Source: Candidatus Poribacteria bacterium (GTDB taxonomy: Bacteria > Poribacteria > WGA-4E > WGA-3G). Taken from it: 64,000 nt of DNA. The stretch spans positions 4,928,001 to 4,992,000 of the forward strand of contig OZ251518.1 in NCBI GenBank assembly GCA_965242965.1, written 5' to 3'. Position 1 is the stretch's first letter. The number at the start of each line of letters is the position of its first letter. A program made the position numbers and the translations under genes. This document shows, piece after piece, positions 29,527-38,867 of the stretch. The notes beneath the pieces are model-generated. The model searched no databases. It was not told the origin of the DNA and saw nothing but the letters and a program-made list of their open reading frames with translations.

Positions 29527-30741
29527 TTAAAAGAAAAAGTGTTCTAAAAGTTCCCCGACGAGGTATCCTACGCCTGCAACGCCGAGGCCAACGACAAACA
29601 TGTCAATTCCACTCCGAATGAGGCTTCGTCCGGTGAATAGGCTTCGCGCTGCACCGACAGCAAAGTGCGAAATCATTGCAAATGCGAATGCCATCCAGAT
29701 GGCAAACGGCCCGTCGTCAAACAGGAAGGGTGCGGCTGGAATAAAAGCACCGATGGCGGTTGCCAAGCCGGTAATCCAACCTTCTCGGAGCGGCGTGGTG
29801 TGCGTTTCGCCGATTTTGAGTTCCGCCTGTATCTTTTCTTCGAGTGCCCGGTCCGGATCTTGCATAATTTCTTGTGCGAGTGCGCGGGCTTGTTCTTTCG
29901 GGACGCCGCGCGCCTCATAAATCAGCGCGAGTTCGGTCTCCTCAATATCCGGCATGAGGCGGATTTCCTCTCTCTCCACGGCAATTTCGTGCTCGTAGAC
30001 TTCCTGTTCACTTTTCGCGGCGAGGTAGCCGGAGGCACCCATCGAAAGCGCGTCGGCGACGGTGCCAACGATGCCAGTCGTGAGAATGATAGAGACATCC
30101 GGTGTCGCGGCGATGACACCGGCGACGAGCCCGAAGTTCGCCGTGAGTCCATCGTTGAACCCATAGACAATGTTTCCTACCATGCCGCCTGACTCGGTTT
30201 TGTGCCACGGTTCATCGCTAGTGCCGGTGAGTTCCTGCAGGCTTTCGGTGTGCATGGCGGATTCTTTCGCTAAATCAAGTGCCATCTCTTTCGCGTCCGC
30301 GCGCGTGCTGTTTTTATGGAGGGTGAGGTAATCCTTGACTTCATTCGCCTCCTCGTTCAGCATTTGCGAGAGGAAGAAACCGCTGCCGAACCGGCGCGAA
30401 CACCACGCCATCAGCCGCGCCTTCGCTGTCGGGCGCGGCAGTTTATATTTCACGTTATTGGCGGCAAGCAGTACCTGCCATCGGTTGACGTGCTCGGCTT
30501 CGACTGCTGTCAATTCGCTTAATATTTTCTTCCGATTCACATCCGGTTCAAGTTCCTCGAAAACCTCGTAAAGGAATCGGGCATCTACCTCGTCCTGCAA
30601 GTGTGCTTTCCACGTTTTGAGCGTTTTGCTATCCGGTTTTTCGTATTCGCGCGAAGCGTTCAATTGAGGGTTCTGGTTGATTGACGAACTATTCCCAGAG
30701 CCGCCTGCGCCGTTGTCGGGTGCCGCGTTCTTGGTTGACAT
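29527..30741 (-). CDS. VIT1/CCC1 transporter with N-terminal ferritin/rubrerythrin-like domain (MbfA-like)
   Basis: EAEH and ESAMH helices; VYGFNDGLTANFGL, ALSMGASGYL; ATG 30741. Confidence 0.85.
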   Translation of the reverse strand: MSTKNAAPDNGAGGSGNSSSINQNPQLNASREYEKPDSKTLKTWKAHLQDEVDARFLYEVFEELEPDVNRKKILSELTAVEAEHVNRWQVLLAANNVKYKLPRPTAKARLMAWCSRRFGSGFFLSQMLNEEANEVKDYLTLHKNSTRADAKEMALDLAKESAMHTESLQELTGTSDEPWHKTESGGMVGNIVYGFNDGLTANFGLVAGVIAATPDVSIILTTGIVGTVADALSMGASGYLAAKSEQEVYEHEIAVEREEIRLMPDIEETELALIYEARGVPKEQARALAQEIMQDPDRALEEKIQAELKIGETHTTPLREGWITGLATAIGAFIPAAPFLFDDGPFAIWMAFAFAMISHFAVGAARSLFTGRSLIRSGIDMFVVGLGVAGVGYLVGELLEHFFF

Positions 30742-30745
30742 ATTT

Positions 30746-31423
30746 TTAATTCTCCTCTTGCACGTCGGCGACGAAAATGTGCTTCGCGACCTCCCTGCCG
30801 ATGACAGCAGGATGTCCCGCGATGTCAATGGTAAAGGGCCCCTCAAACGGCGCGACATCAAGCACCCGGATAGCGGTGCCCGGGTAAAGGTTCAGTTCAC
30901 CGAGGTATTGGAGCAGTGCCGAGTCGCTATCGCTGACTTCGGCAACAACGCACGCTTGCCCCTTACGAAGCGTTGTCATCGGTATATACGCGGTTTGCGT
31001 GACAACGCCGTTCTTATCAGGGATAGGCGAACCGTGCGGGTCCGCCGTTGGATAGCCGAGAACAGCATCGATGCGTTCTTCGACATCTTCGGAGATGACA
31101 TGCTCCAGTTTCTCGGCTTCTTCGTGCACGTTCTCCCACGGCACGCCGAGTGCCTTGAATAGATAGAGCTCCAGCAAGCGATGATGCCGGATGATTTCCA
31201 GCGCGACCACCTTGCCTGCCTCGGTTAGCGTAATTTCCTGATACCGTTCTTGGCATACCAGTTTCATTGCTTTCAACTTTTTTAGCATGCCGGTGGCGGA
31301 CGCGGGCTTAACGTTGAGCGTCTCGGCTAAAAGGCCGGTTGACACCTTACTGCCCTTTTCTTGTAGTTTGTAGATGGACTTGAGATAGTCCTCAGCCGCT
31401 TGTGTTAACATCATTTTTTCCAC
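30746..31423 (-). CDS. mntR: DtxR/MntR family metal-dependent repressor with FeoA-like C-terminal domain
   Basis: EDYLKSIY, IIRHHRLLELYL, VHEEAEKLEH, DPHGSPIP. Confidence 0.92.
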   Translation of the reverse strand: MEKMMLTQAAEDYLKSIYKLQEKGSKVSTGLLAETLNVKPASATGMLKKLKAMKLVCQERYQEITLTEAGKVVALEIIRHHRLLELYLFKALGVPWENVHEEAEKLEHVISEDVEERIDAVLGYPTADPHGSPIPDKNGVVTQTAYIPMTTLRKGQACVVAEVSDSDSALLQYLGELNLYPGTAIRVLDVAPFEGPFTIDIAGHPAVIGREVAKHIFVADVQEEN

Positions 31424-31487
31424 ATTTGCGTCTGTGTCCCCAAAATTTAGGTAACCGATGCCAAAATTGTTAGGAACATTTAGAAAT

Positions 31488-31509
31488 TAATTTAGGTATG
31501 ACTAAATTA
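31488..31509. promoter_or_regulatory. DtxR/MntR-type operator palindrome overlapping the operon promoter
   Basis: TAATTTAG-gtatga-CTAAATTA perfect 8-bp inverted repeat next to the minus-strand TTGACA(31535)-18 nt-TATAAT. Confidence 0.75.
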
Positions 31510-31549
31510 TATATTATATCCACCTAAATTGTCAAGAAAAAAATTTAAC

Positions 31550-31578
31550 TTGACTTTTTAGTTTTTATAGGGTATAAT
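31550..31578 (+). promoter_or_regulatory. Sigma70 promoter of the PIN gene
   Basis: TTGACT-17 nt-TATAAT. Confidence 0.7.
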
Positions 31579-31631
31579 AAATAGAGTGTTTTTAACGTGA
31601 TGGATTGACTTTTTTACACGAAAGGAATTTT

Positions 31632-32345
31632 GTGAGAGACTATAACGATAGAAAACCGAGAGTCTACCTTGAAACGACAGTCATTAGTTATTTGGTGGCA
31701 CTGCTGAGTGCCAATCCGCGAATAGCGGGATGGCAGCAGGAAACCCGGCGGTTCTGGCGAGAATACGCCCATAGATTGGAGTTTGTCGTTTCAGAAACTG
31801 TTATTGGCGAAGTGAGTAGAGGCGATACAACCGAAGCAGGGAAGCGGCTTGCGGCGTTAGCGGGCTTACCGGCATTAAAAAAATCATCGGAGGCTTTTCA
31901 GTTGAGTCAGAAATTGCGCGATGCAAGAGCTGTTCCACCCAATTTAGTGGCAGACGCAGACCATATCGCCATTGCCACTGTCCACGGCATTGAATATCTG
32001 GTATCGTGGAACCATAAGCACCTCGTGAATGAAAATCAACTTCGGCAGATTAACAGCGTGTGTGAAGCGGCTGGGTTTCAACCTGTTACTATCTGCACAC
32101 CGACAGCACTCATGGAGGCATTTACCGTGAAAGAAACTCCCGACGTTGTCCCTGGCACCGAGACAGATCCGATTCTTGAGGAATGCTATCGCATCAAGAG
32201 GGAGATCAGCGCGGAACGGGCACGATTCACCCCAGAGGAATACGAAGCGTACGTCAAGGCGCGAGAGGAGGAGTTGGAAAAGCAGGGTTGGAAATTTATC
32301 CCAGCTCCCCCTCCCCGCACCAACACGGCCGCGAAGAAGGACTAA
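31632..32345 (+). CDS. PIN-domain (VapC-like) protein fused in frame to a small partner domain
   Basis: RVYLETTVISYL...DADHIAIA...LVSWNHKHL...ICTP, then DPILEECYRIK domain; GTG 31632 after AAAGGA. Confidence 0.8.
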   Translation: MRDYNDRKPRVYLETTVISYLVALLSANPRIAGWQQETRRFWREYAHRLEFVVSETVIGEVSRGDTTEAGKRLAALAGLPALKKSSEAFQLSQKLRDARAVPPNLVADADHIAIATVHGIEYLVSWNHKHLVNENQLRQINSVCEAAGFQPVTICTPTALMEAFTVKETPDVVPGTETDPILEECYRIKREISAERARFTPEEYEAYVKAREEELEKQGWKFIPAPPPRTNTAAKKD

Positions 32346-32719
32346 CCTTGAACGGGTCTGCACAAATTACGAGTGCAGGCCCGTTACCTCGCTAAAATGC
32401 GTTGAATACCGGCACAGGAGGCATTTACCGTGAAAGAAACTCCCGACGTTGTCCCTGACACCGAGACAGATCCGATTCTTGAGGAATGCTATCGCCTCAA
32501 GAGGAAGATCCGCGCGGAAAGGGCACATCTCACCCCAGAGGAACGCGAAGCGTACGTCAAGGCGCGAGAGGCGGAATTGAAAAAGCAAGGCTGGAAATTT
32601 ATCCCAGCTCCACCTCCCCGCGCCAACACGGATGCGAAGAAGGACTAACCTCGACCGGGTCTGCACGAATTACGAGTGCAGGCCCGTTATCTCGCTAAAA
32701 TGCGTTGAATACCGGCACA
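32114..32719. repeat. 303-bp tandem duplication
   Basis: 32114-32416 versus 32417-32719, about 23 mismatches by manual comparison; GGA at the junctions. Confidence 0.92.
32430..32648 (+). CDS. Stand-alone small PIN-partner (putative antitoxin) copy
   Basis: GTG start with GGAGG SD; DPILEECYRLKRKI. Confidence 0.7.
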   Translation: MKETPDVVPDTETDPILEECYRLKRKIRAERAHLTPEEREAYVKAREAELKKQGWKFIPAPPPRANTDAKKD

Positions 32720-33747
32720 GGATGCCCAGTTTCAATGGATTCCCACGCCGCTACGCCGACAGCGATGGACTTCGCACCGTCAACCACTCCCGGCGACGGT
32801 TCCACGTCTCTTTCAATACACTCCTGAAAATGGCGCATATAGCGGATGACCGTCTGTCCGTGCCCATACACACTCGTATCCACTTCCGCGGGGCACGTCA
32901 TTTCAAATGGCTCTCTCGCCGCCATCTTATCAAGCATCAATTTCACCTGTCCACCTTTGTTATCGGTAAAGTCGCCTATTATCGTGCCTTTGCTGCCGTA
33001 GATCGACACCTGCATCATCGGCATCGGCGGGTGGACGATGTCGTAAAGCCCCATCGCCCGCGCAATTTGTCCGCTTTTAAACTTCAGGTTCAGGGAAAAG
33101 TTGTTCCGAAGCGGGTATCCCGGTGTCAGCGAACCTTTCGTCCCGTAGGCGTGCACCTCCTCAACATCGCCGAGGAAACTGCGTAGGATGTCAACGGGAT
33201 GCACCACGCCGCCAAACATCAGATCTTGCGGGACATGAAGCCGCCACGGTGTGAAATCGTAAACCTCCCGCATGTCGTGGACATAGTAAGCGTCCGCTAC
33301 CATGATGTCGCCCAAGTCACCGTCGTCGTAGAGTTTCTTCATCGTCAGAAATTGCAAGTCAAACCGCATCGTCTGTCCGACGAGAAACTTGACGTTGTGT
33401 TGCCGCACCAAATCGACGAGATGCTGCGCGTCTGCCAGCGTCGTCACCATCGGTTTCGTGCAGACGACGTGCTTGCCTGCCTCTATCGCGGCCACACAAT
33501 GTTCTGCATGAAGATGATCTGGGGAATAGACAGCGATGACTTCAATATCGTCGCGCTGGACGAGTTCGCGGTAATCTGTCGTCCAAAAAGCCACACCGAG
33601 TTGTTGTGCGTAGGGTTCCAGAATCTCCGCGCGCCGTGAACAGATACCGCGGAGTTCATACTTCAAATCTGGCACATCTTTGAGCAGTGCTGCGGTTGAA
33701 CCCATGTTAGTAGGATTCATTCCGATGACACCGAGTCCGATTGTCAT
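32695..33747 (-). CDS. Gfo/Idh/MocA family oxidoreductase
   Basis: GLGVIG, SPDHLH, GKHVVCTKP, GQTMRF. Confidence 0.88.
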   Translation of the reverse strand: MTIGLGVIGMNPTNMGSTAALLKDVPDLKYELRGICSRRAEILEPYAQQLGVAFWTTDYRELVQRDDIEVIAVYSPDHLHAEHCVAAIEAGKHVVCTKPMVTTLADAQHLVDLVRQHNVKFLVGQTMRFDLQFLTMKKLYDDGDLGDIMVADAYYVHDMREVYDFTPWRLHVPQDLMFGGVVHPVDILRSFLGDVEEVHAYGTKGSLTPGYPLRNNFSLNLKFKSGQIARAMGLYDIVHPPMPMMQVSIYGSKGTIIGDFTDNKGGQVKLMLDKMAAREPFEMTCPAEVDTSVYGHGQTVIRYMRHFQECIERDVEPSPGVVDGAKSIAVGVAAWESIETGHPVPVFNAF

Positions 33748-33863
33748 AGTTGTCGCTCCTTTACAATAGGGTGGGTTTCCATTTTCGTTTCATGATACAC
33801 GATGTAATGAAGACTATCCACGGCCCTGCAAGACGCAAGAGTTTTTGGTAGGTGTTCATCGCG

Positions 33864-35129
33864 TTATGTCTCCGTGCGAAGTGCCGCTATCGGAGAAAGT
33901 TGTGCCGCCCGCATCGCCGGGTAAACCCCGAAAACGATGCCCATCAAGACAGAAAACCCCACGGAAATGCCTATCCACGGTAACGAAAGCACCGCGGGCC
34001 ACTCAGGGACAATCGGAACGATATGCACCGCTAACCGTGCCATCCCCTGCGCCGCCAGCCAGCCGCCACCAATCCCAAGGACACCACCACAGAAACAGAG
34101 GCAAACGGACTCCGCTAAGAATTGCCAGAAAATATCACGATGTGTCGCGCCTACCGATTTGCGCAAACCTATCTCCCGCGTCTTTTCGCCGACAGAAACG
34201 AGACAGATATTCATGATGCCGATGCCGCTCACAAATAGCGAAAAACCCGCAATGCCGCCCAACGCGATTTTTATCACCTTTTCAATACGTTCCAACCGAC
34301 GAAAGGAGCGTTGCGGAATCCAATAGCCGATAAAATCATCGGTGCCCCGATGTCTTTTCCGCAGCACATCCGTGACGCTGTCAATCACACGGTAGACATC
34401 TGCCGTTTTGTCAAAAAAGACGGTGAGACTTTGAATATGACGGACACCTGACAGGCGTTGCTGGTGCGTTGTCAACGGCACACAGACAATGTCATCCAGA
34501 GACGTGGCACTGCGAAGACTCCTGCCTTTGGGGGCCATGATGCCGATGACGCGACAGCGGACCGGCGGTTGCCGCCAGCGAATCTTAAGTTTCACTTCTT
34601 GTCCCAGAGCAGCGGTGTCGCCAAACAACTCATCAACGATGTCTGCGCCGAGGACGCACACCTGCGCAGCCTTTTCAATATCCGCCGCCGAGAAAAAGCG
34701 GCCCTGTTGCACCTCCCACCGCAGACCCTGGGCATAGTCTGCTGTCACGCCTTCCACGTAGGGGCGCGCGTGGCCGCCGGTAGGGCTTGTCACAACCCCG
34801 CGGTATCTATCATTTTTCGGCAAGACAAAGAGGACATCGGGGCATTCCGCCTCAATGGCATAAGCATCTGCCAGGGTGTAGCGTTCGGTAGTCCACCGTA
34901 AGACGCGTCGCTTCCGGAAGATGGCCCGGCGTGTCCAGAATTGCACTTGGTTTGCGCCACCAAGTTTCTCTATGTCTAAGGCAACGAGTTCTTTTGCGCC
35001 ATCGCCAAGGGCCATCATGCAGAGCACACTCGCGATGCCGATGAGGATGCCGAGGATGGACAACCCAGCACGGAGGCGATTTTGAGAGAGGTGCGCGAGA
35101 CCCGCGGCAATCGCGTCATGGAGTTTCAT
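33864..35129 (-). CDS. MacB/FtsX-family ABC permease
   Basis: LSILGILIGIASV, GIGIMNICLVSVGEKTREIGLRKSVGA, YPAMRAAQLSPIAALR. Confidence 0.9.
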   Translation of the reverse strand: MKLHDAIAAGLAHLSQNRLRAGLSILGILIGIASVLCMMALGDGAKELVALDIEKLGGANQVQFWTRRAIFRKRRVLRWTTERYTLADAYAIEAECPDVLFVLPKNDRYRGVVTSPTGGHARPYVEGVTADYAQGLRWEVQQGRFFSAADIEKAAQVCVLGADIVDELFGDTAALGQEVKLKIRWRQPPVRCRVIGIMAPKGRSLRSATSLDDIVCVPLTTHQQRLSGVRHIQSLTVFFDKTADVYRVIDSVTDVLRKRHRGTDDFIGYWIPQRSFRRLERIEKVIKIALGGIAGFSLFVSGIGIMNICLVSVGEKTREIGLRKSVGATHRDIFWQFLAESVCLCFCGGVLGIGGGWLAAQGMARLAVHIVPIVPEWPAVLSLPWIGISVGFSVLMGIVFGVYPAMRAAQLSPIAALRTET

Positions 35130-37053
35130 TCTTCAAATAAGGCTTCATATCCCACAAAAGAATAGTGCCGTCAAAACTCCCACTTGCTAACAGTTCTCCA
35201 TCTGGGGAGAAAGCGAGCGTTTGGACATCGGTGGGGTGTCCCCGGAAAGTCACGAGATTTTCACCACTAGCAACATCCCACAACCGAATTGCAACCTGCT
35301 TTATACCCATCCCCCGGTGCCACCACGCGCCAGAAACCAGATACCGGCCACACGGCGAAAAGACTAGGGCAAACGGCCACCAACTGTCCTGTGCATGGGG
35401 AAGCGTCATAAACGTTTCACGCCGTTTGACATCCCACAACAGAATTTTCTTTGCCATGCCGCAGGCAATCACGTCACTACCAGGCGAAAACGCTATCGCA
35501 TCAATTCTATCCGGAAACTCGCTAAATTCTTTCCCGCTTTCAACATCCCATAGCCGGGATACAGGACCGTCTCGCCGAATACTTACGAGGCACTTTTCAT
35601 CCGGGCTAAATGCCACCGAATGAATCCAACCATCATGTGCGGGGAGGACGTGTAAATGTGCCTTGCCGCGCACATCCCACACAGCTAGTGTGCCGTTGCT
35701 ATCGCCGTATGCAAGCAGATTCTTCGTAGGCGAGAGTGCCGCCGTGGATACCGTCACATCTATCTCTGCCACATCTATCTCTGAAGATGTGAACGTAAGG
35801 CGCGGCGCGGTTTCTCCAATCTCCCATACCTTAATGGTATTTTCGTCAATACTCGTCGCGTGGCATTTTCCGCACGCCGCGACAAAAACCGCCTGAATCT
35901 TCCCTATTATATTGAAACTGCGTGGCTGCTGCGCAGGTGCCGCAATGTCCCATAACTTCACACCCTCATTCCAGGTCCCGGCCGCCAGCGTTCTTCCATC
36001 GGGTGAGAACGCCAAAGAATCAGGGAAGGCGGTATGTGAGTGAAGGCACTTGCGCGGTTGTGGGTTCCCAGTTGTCCACACCGTCCACTCATGTGCGCCG
36101 GCAACGACGAACTGTGCATCTCGTGAAAAATGCGCGCCGGGGCGGCTCCCCGCCGCTTCAACGTATGAATAGCGTTTTTCATCATGTTCAACATCCCAGA
36201 CGACAGCGGTGTCTTTTGAAACCGTCGTCGCATGCAGAACACCCTGTGACGAATATGTGACACTCACGCGAGAATCACCATAATCAGAAACCCGGTGCTG
36301 TGCCCAGGTCTTCACATTCCACACCCGCACCGTGCCTTGAGACTCTCCAGCAGCGAGGTATCTACCGCACGGAGAAAAGCAGAGGCTCTGGATAACATCA
36401 GTGGGTTCGGTGAGGCAGGCGATGCATTCACCTGCCTCTAAATCCCACACCGAGATAGAGTTTGCTGTGCCGGGGGCACCTTCGGAATTCGTGCAGGCTA
36501 GCCAGCAACTGTCGGGGGAAAAGGCGACAGGACGAGTGAGATTCCCCCATTCTACTTGGGCATCGTAGAATTTTGCGAGCCGTTCGCCGGTTTCTGGCTG
36601 CCATATTTCGACCCTATTGTCGCGGACACCGGTTCCGGTTGCGGCGAGCCGTTGGGCATCTGGCGAGAAGGCGAGTTGGGACACCCCCTGTTGTTTCGCC
36701 TTTGTCTGTCGTGCCATCTCGGCGATGCACACACCTTGCGCCAGATGCCATACCTTGACAATTCCATCGTCGTTGCCGACAGCAACCCAGTGTCCATCGT
36801 GGGAAAAGGAGATGGCCGAGACCATCCCCCGTTCGGTTTCCCACAAAGCCACGGGTTGCATCGTGGCGAGTTCATACCACCACAGCCCGATTTTCGTCGC
36901 GACAGCGAGAAGACGGCCATCGGGCGAAACCGCCATGCGGCGCACGCCGCCGCGGCCTAATCGGGCAATCGCCCCCTCTGGTAAAGCCCAGAGAGGAGGT
37001 TTTTCAGTCACAGGAATCATTGCATTTAGAACTGATACCGCAGATTCTTTCAT
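35116..37053 (-). CDS. WD40-repeat protein
   Basis: Many (S/A)FSPDG..LA...WD repeats; WALPEGAIARLGRG; start ATG 37053 inferred (upstream ORF part is REP-derived). Confidence 0.88.
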   Translation of the reverse strand: MKESAVSVLNAMIPVTEKPPLWALPEGAIARLGRGGVRRMAVSPDGRLLAVATKIGLWWYELATMQPVALWETERGMVSAISFSHDGHWVAVGNDDGIVKVWHLAQGVCIAEMARQTKAKQQGVSQLAFSPDAQRLAATGTGVRDNRVEIWQPETGERLAKFYDAQVEWGNLTRPVAFSPDSCWLACTNSEGAPGTANSISVWDLEAGECIACLTEPTDVIQSLCFSPCGRYLAAGESQGTVRVWNVKTWAQHRVSDYGDSRVSVTYSSQGVLHATTVSKDTAVVWDVEHDEKRYSYVEAAGSRPGAHFSRDAQFVVAGAHEWTVWTTGNPQPRKCLHSHTAFPDSLAFSPDGRTLAAGTWNEGVKLWDIAAPAQQPRSFNIIGKIQAVFVAACGKCHATSIDENTIKVWEIGETAPRLTFTSSEIDVAEIDVTVSTAALSPTKNLLAYGDSNGTLAVWDVRGKAHLHVLPAHDGWIHSVAFSPDEKCLVSIRRDGPVSRLWDVESGKEFSEFPDRIDAIAFSPGSDVIACGMAKKILLWDVKRRETFMTLPHAQDSWWPFALVFSPCGRYLVSGAWWHRGMGIKQVAIRLWDVASGENLVTFRGHPTDVQTLAFSPDGELLASGSFDGTILLWDMKPYLKNETP

Positions 37054-37086
37054 AGTTACATTCTCCACATCCGGTCTTGATACAAT

Positions 37087-37492
37087 TGAGGGTGTTTCAT
37101 ATCTCAATGCCTTCCCGGTAGGAGAGACCTCCCGGTCTCGATGCCTCTGGGTAGGAGAGCCCTCCTGGTCTTGATTTCGTCCTGTTGACGCGCCGTCCCG
37201 GTTTCGATGCGCGCGATGTCCCCGTAGGAGAGACCTCCCGGTCTCGATGCAGCCCCGTCTGATCACAAACAGTTCAGGAGCAGGTGCTCCTGAACTACAG
37301 GCGGCGCGTCTCTGAGCTCTGTAGTTCGGGTGCGCCTGCACCCGAACGGATCAAAATTGGGCACGCCTTCCCTCATCGAGACCAGGAGGGCTCTCCTACC
37401 CGACGCGCCCCTGAGCTCTGTAGTTCGGGTGCGCCTGCACCCGAACGGATCAAGCGTCTATTGCATCGAGACCAGGAGGGCTCTCCTACCGG
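37087..37492. repeat. Terminal motif plus REP array
   Basis: TGAGGGTGTTTCATATCTC at 37087, then GAGACC- and TTCGGG-type GTAG palindromes. Confidence 0.82.
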
Positions 37493-37506
37493 CACAGAAA
37501 TTGCGA

Positions 37507-38739
37507 TCAGGGTGCAATAACTTGGTGCAACTGAATCACCCCATCGGTTATCGTGTTGATAACGCCGCTTTTAATCGCATAACGGTTTTCGTCGTAACGC
37601 GCAATTTCTGAGGCACCGCTGTAGTTCATCGTTGCGGCGAGTTGGGCGCGAATGGCAGAGCCTGTCAAAGTTTCGGCGCGCTGCATCGCTTGCACCAGAA
37701 TCCGAACGGCATCGTATCCTAATGACGCAGGACCGTCCGGCGGCGCGCCAAACATCGCCGTATACGCTGTCACAAATTGCCGCGCCTCTTCTGTCGTCAA
37801 ATTCTCAGCTGGCTGTGCAGCGAAGTGATTGACGAAGAAGCTGCCCTCCAGTGCCTCGCCGCCGACAGGAATCAACGCAGGATTATCCCATCCATCGCCG
37901 CCGAGGAAGGTGGCAGTTATGCCGAGTTCCGCTTTCCCTTGCCGAATAATTCGCGCGACTTCTGGCATAAAGCCTGGCACAAAGACGACATCGGGCGACG
38001 CTGCGGCGATAGTTGTCAATTGCGACATAAAATCGGTAGCGTCTTTCTCGTAAAATTGCTGCGCGACGATAGTGCCGCCGCCCGCTGTAAAGTCATTCGT
38101 GAAGAACTCCTTGAGGCCCTCCGCGTAAATGCCCGTGTAAGCCGTGCTTTGTTCGCTCAGAATCGCCGCGGTCGTCGCCTCTAACGATTCAAGCGCGAAC
38201 TTGGCAATTAATTCGCCTTGGTAGTTATCGGTGTAGGCACTCATAAAGATAAAATCACCGGCATCCGGGTTATTCGGGTTCGTCGGATACGTCGTCACCA
38301 TCGGAATTTGCGCGCTTTGTGCCAGCGGCCCCACTGCCCAAGACTGCGGATCCCAGTCAGGCCCGATGATGCCTATCACCCCTTCAGCGATAAGTTCCCT
38401 TGCCAATTCTGCGCTGCGTTCCGCATCATTGCCATCATCCTTCGCGATGAGAGTTATCGGCACGCCGTTAATGCCGCCCGCAGCGTTGAACTCACTGACA
38501 GCTAATTCCGCACCGGACAGCGTCGTCCCCGGGGCGGGTAAGGAATAAAGCATACCGATTTTGATTGTTACGTCAGTGTCACTGGGAGCAACCGTCGGTT
38601 GTTCATCGGGGACAACGACTTGTTGGATGCGCTCACACGCCGAAAACGTGAGACACATCAGAAAAAGCGATGCCAACGCGCCGTAAACCGCCACATGATG
38701 GATAACAGCAAGTGCTGGCATATTTCGTTGAGTATTCAT
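37507..38739 (-). CDS. LivK-like (periplasmic binding protein type 1) lipoprotein
   Basis: Lipobox FSAC; NAAGGING, FLGGDGWD, GYDAV. Confidence 0.88.
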   Translation of the reverse strand: MNTQRNMPALAVIHHVAVYGALASLFLMCLTFSACERIQQVVVPDEQPTVAPSDTDVTIKIGMLYSLPAPGTTLSGAELAVSEFNAAGGINGVPITLIAKDDGNDAERSAELARELIAEGVIGIIGPDWDPQSWAVGPLAQSAQIPMVTTYPTNPNNPDAGDFIFMSAYTDNYQGELIAKFALESLEATTAAILSEQSTAYTGIYAEGLKEFFTNDFTAGGGTIVAQQFYEKDATDFMSQLTTIAAASPDVVFVPGFMPEVARIIRQGKAELGITATFLGGDGWDNPALIPVGGEALEGSFFVNHFAAQPAENLTTEEARQFVTAYTAMFGAPPDGPASLGYDAVRILVQAMQRAETLTGSAIRAQLAATMNYSGASEIARYDENRYAIKSGVINTITDGVIQLHQVIAP

Positions 38740-38867
38740 TGAAAACCTCCATTTGGGGTGTTGAAAAGGGGCTCGTTACGGTGTTATTGCAAGAAGAGGT
38801 CAGAGTCCTATGAAAAGGAAAATCCGAAGAGAGGCGGGACAAGAATGCCCCGCCTAGCGAAAAGCAG

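Noticed and set aside
32114-32719. Duplication as a DGR template/variable repeat pair
   Set aside because: Mismatches are not confined to adenines of one copy, and there is no reverse transcriptase in the window
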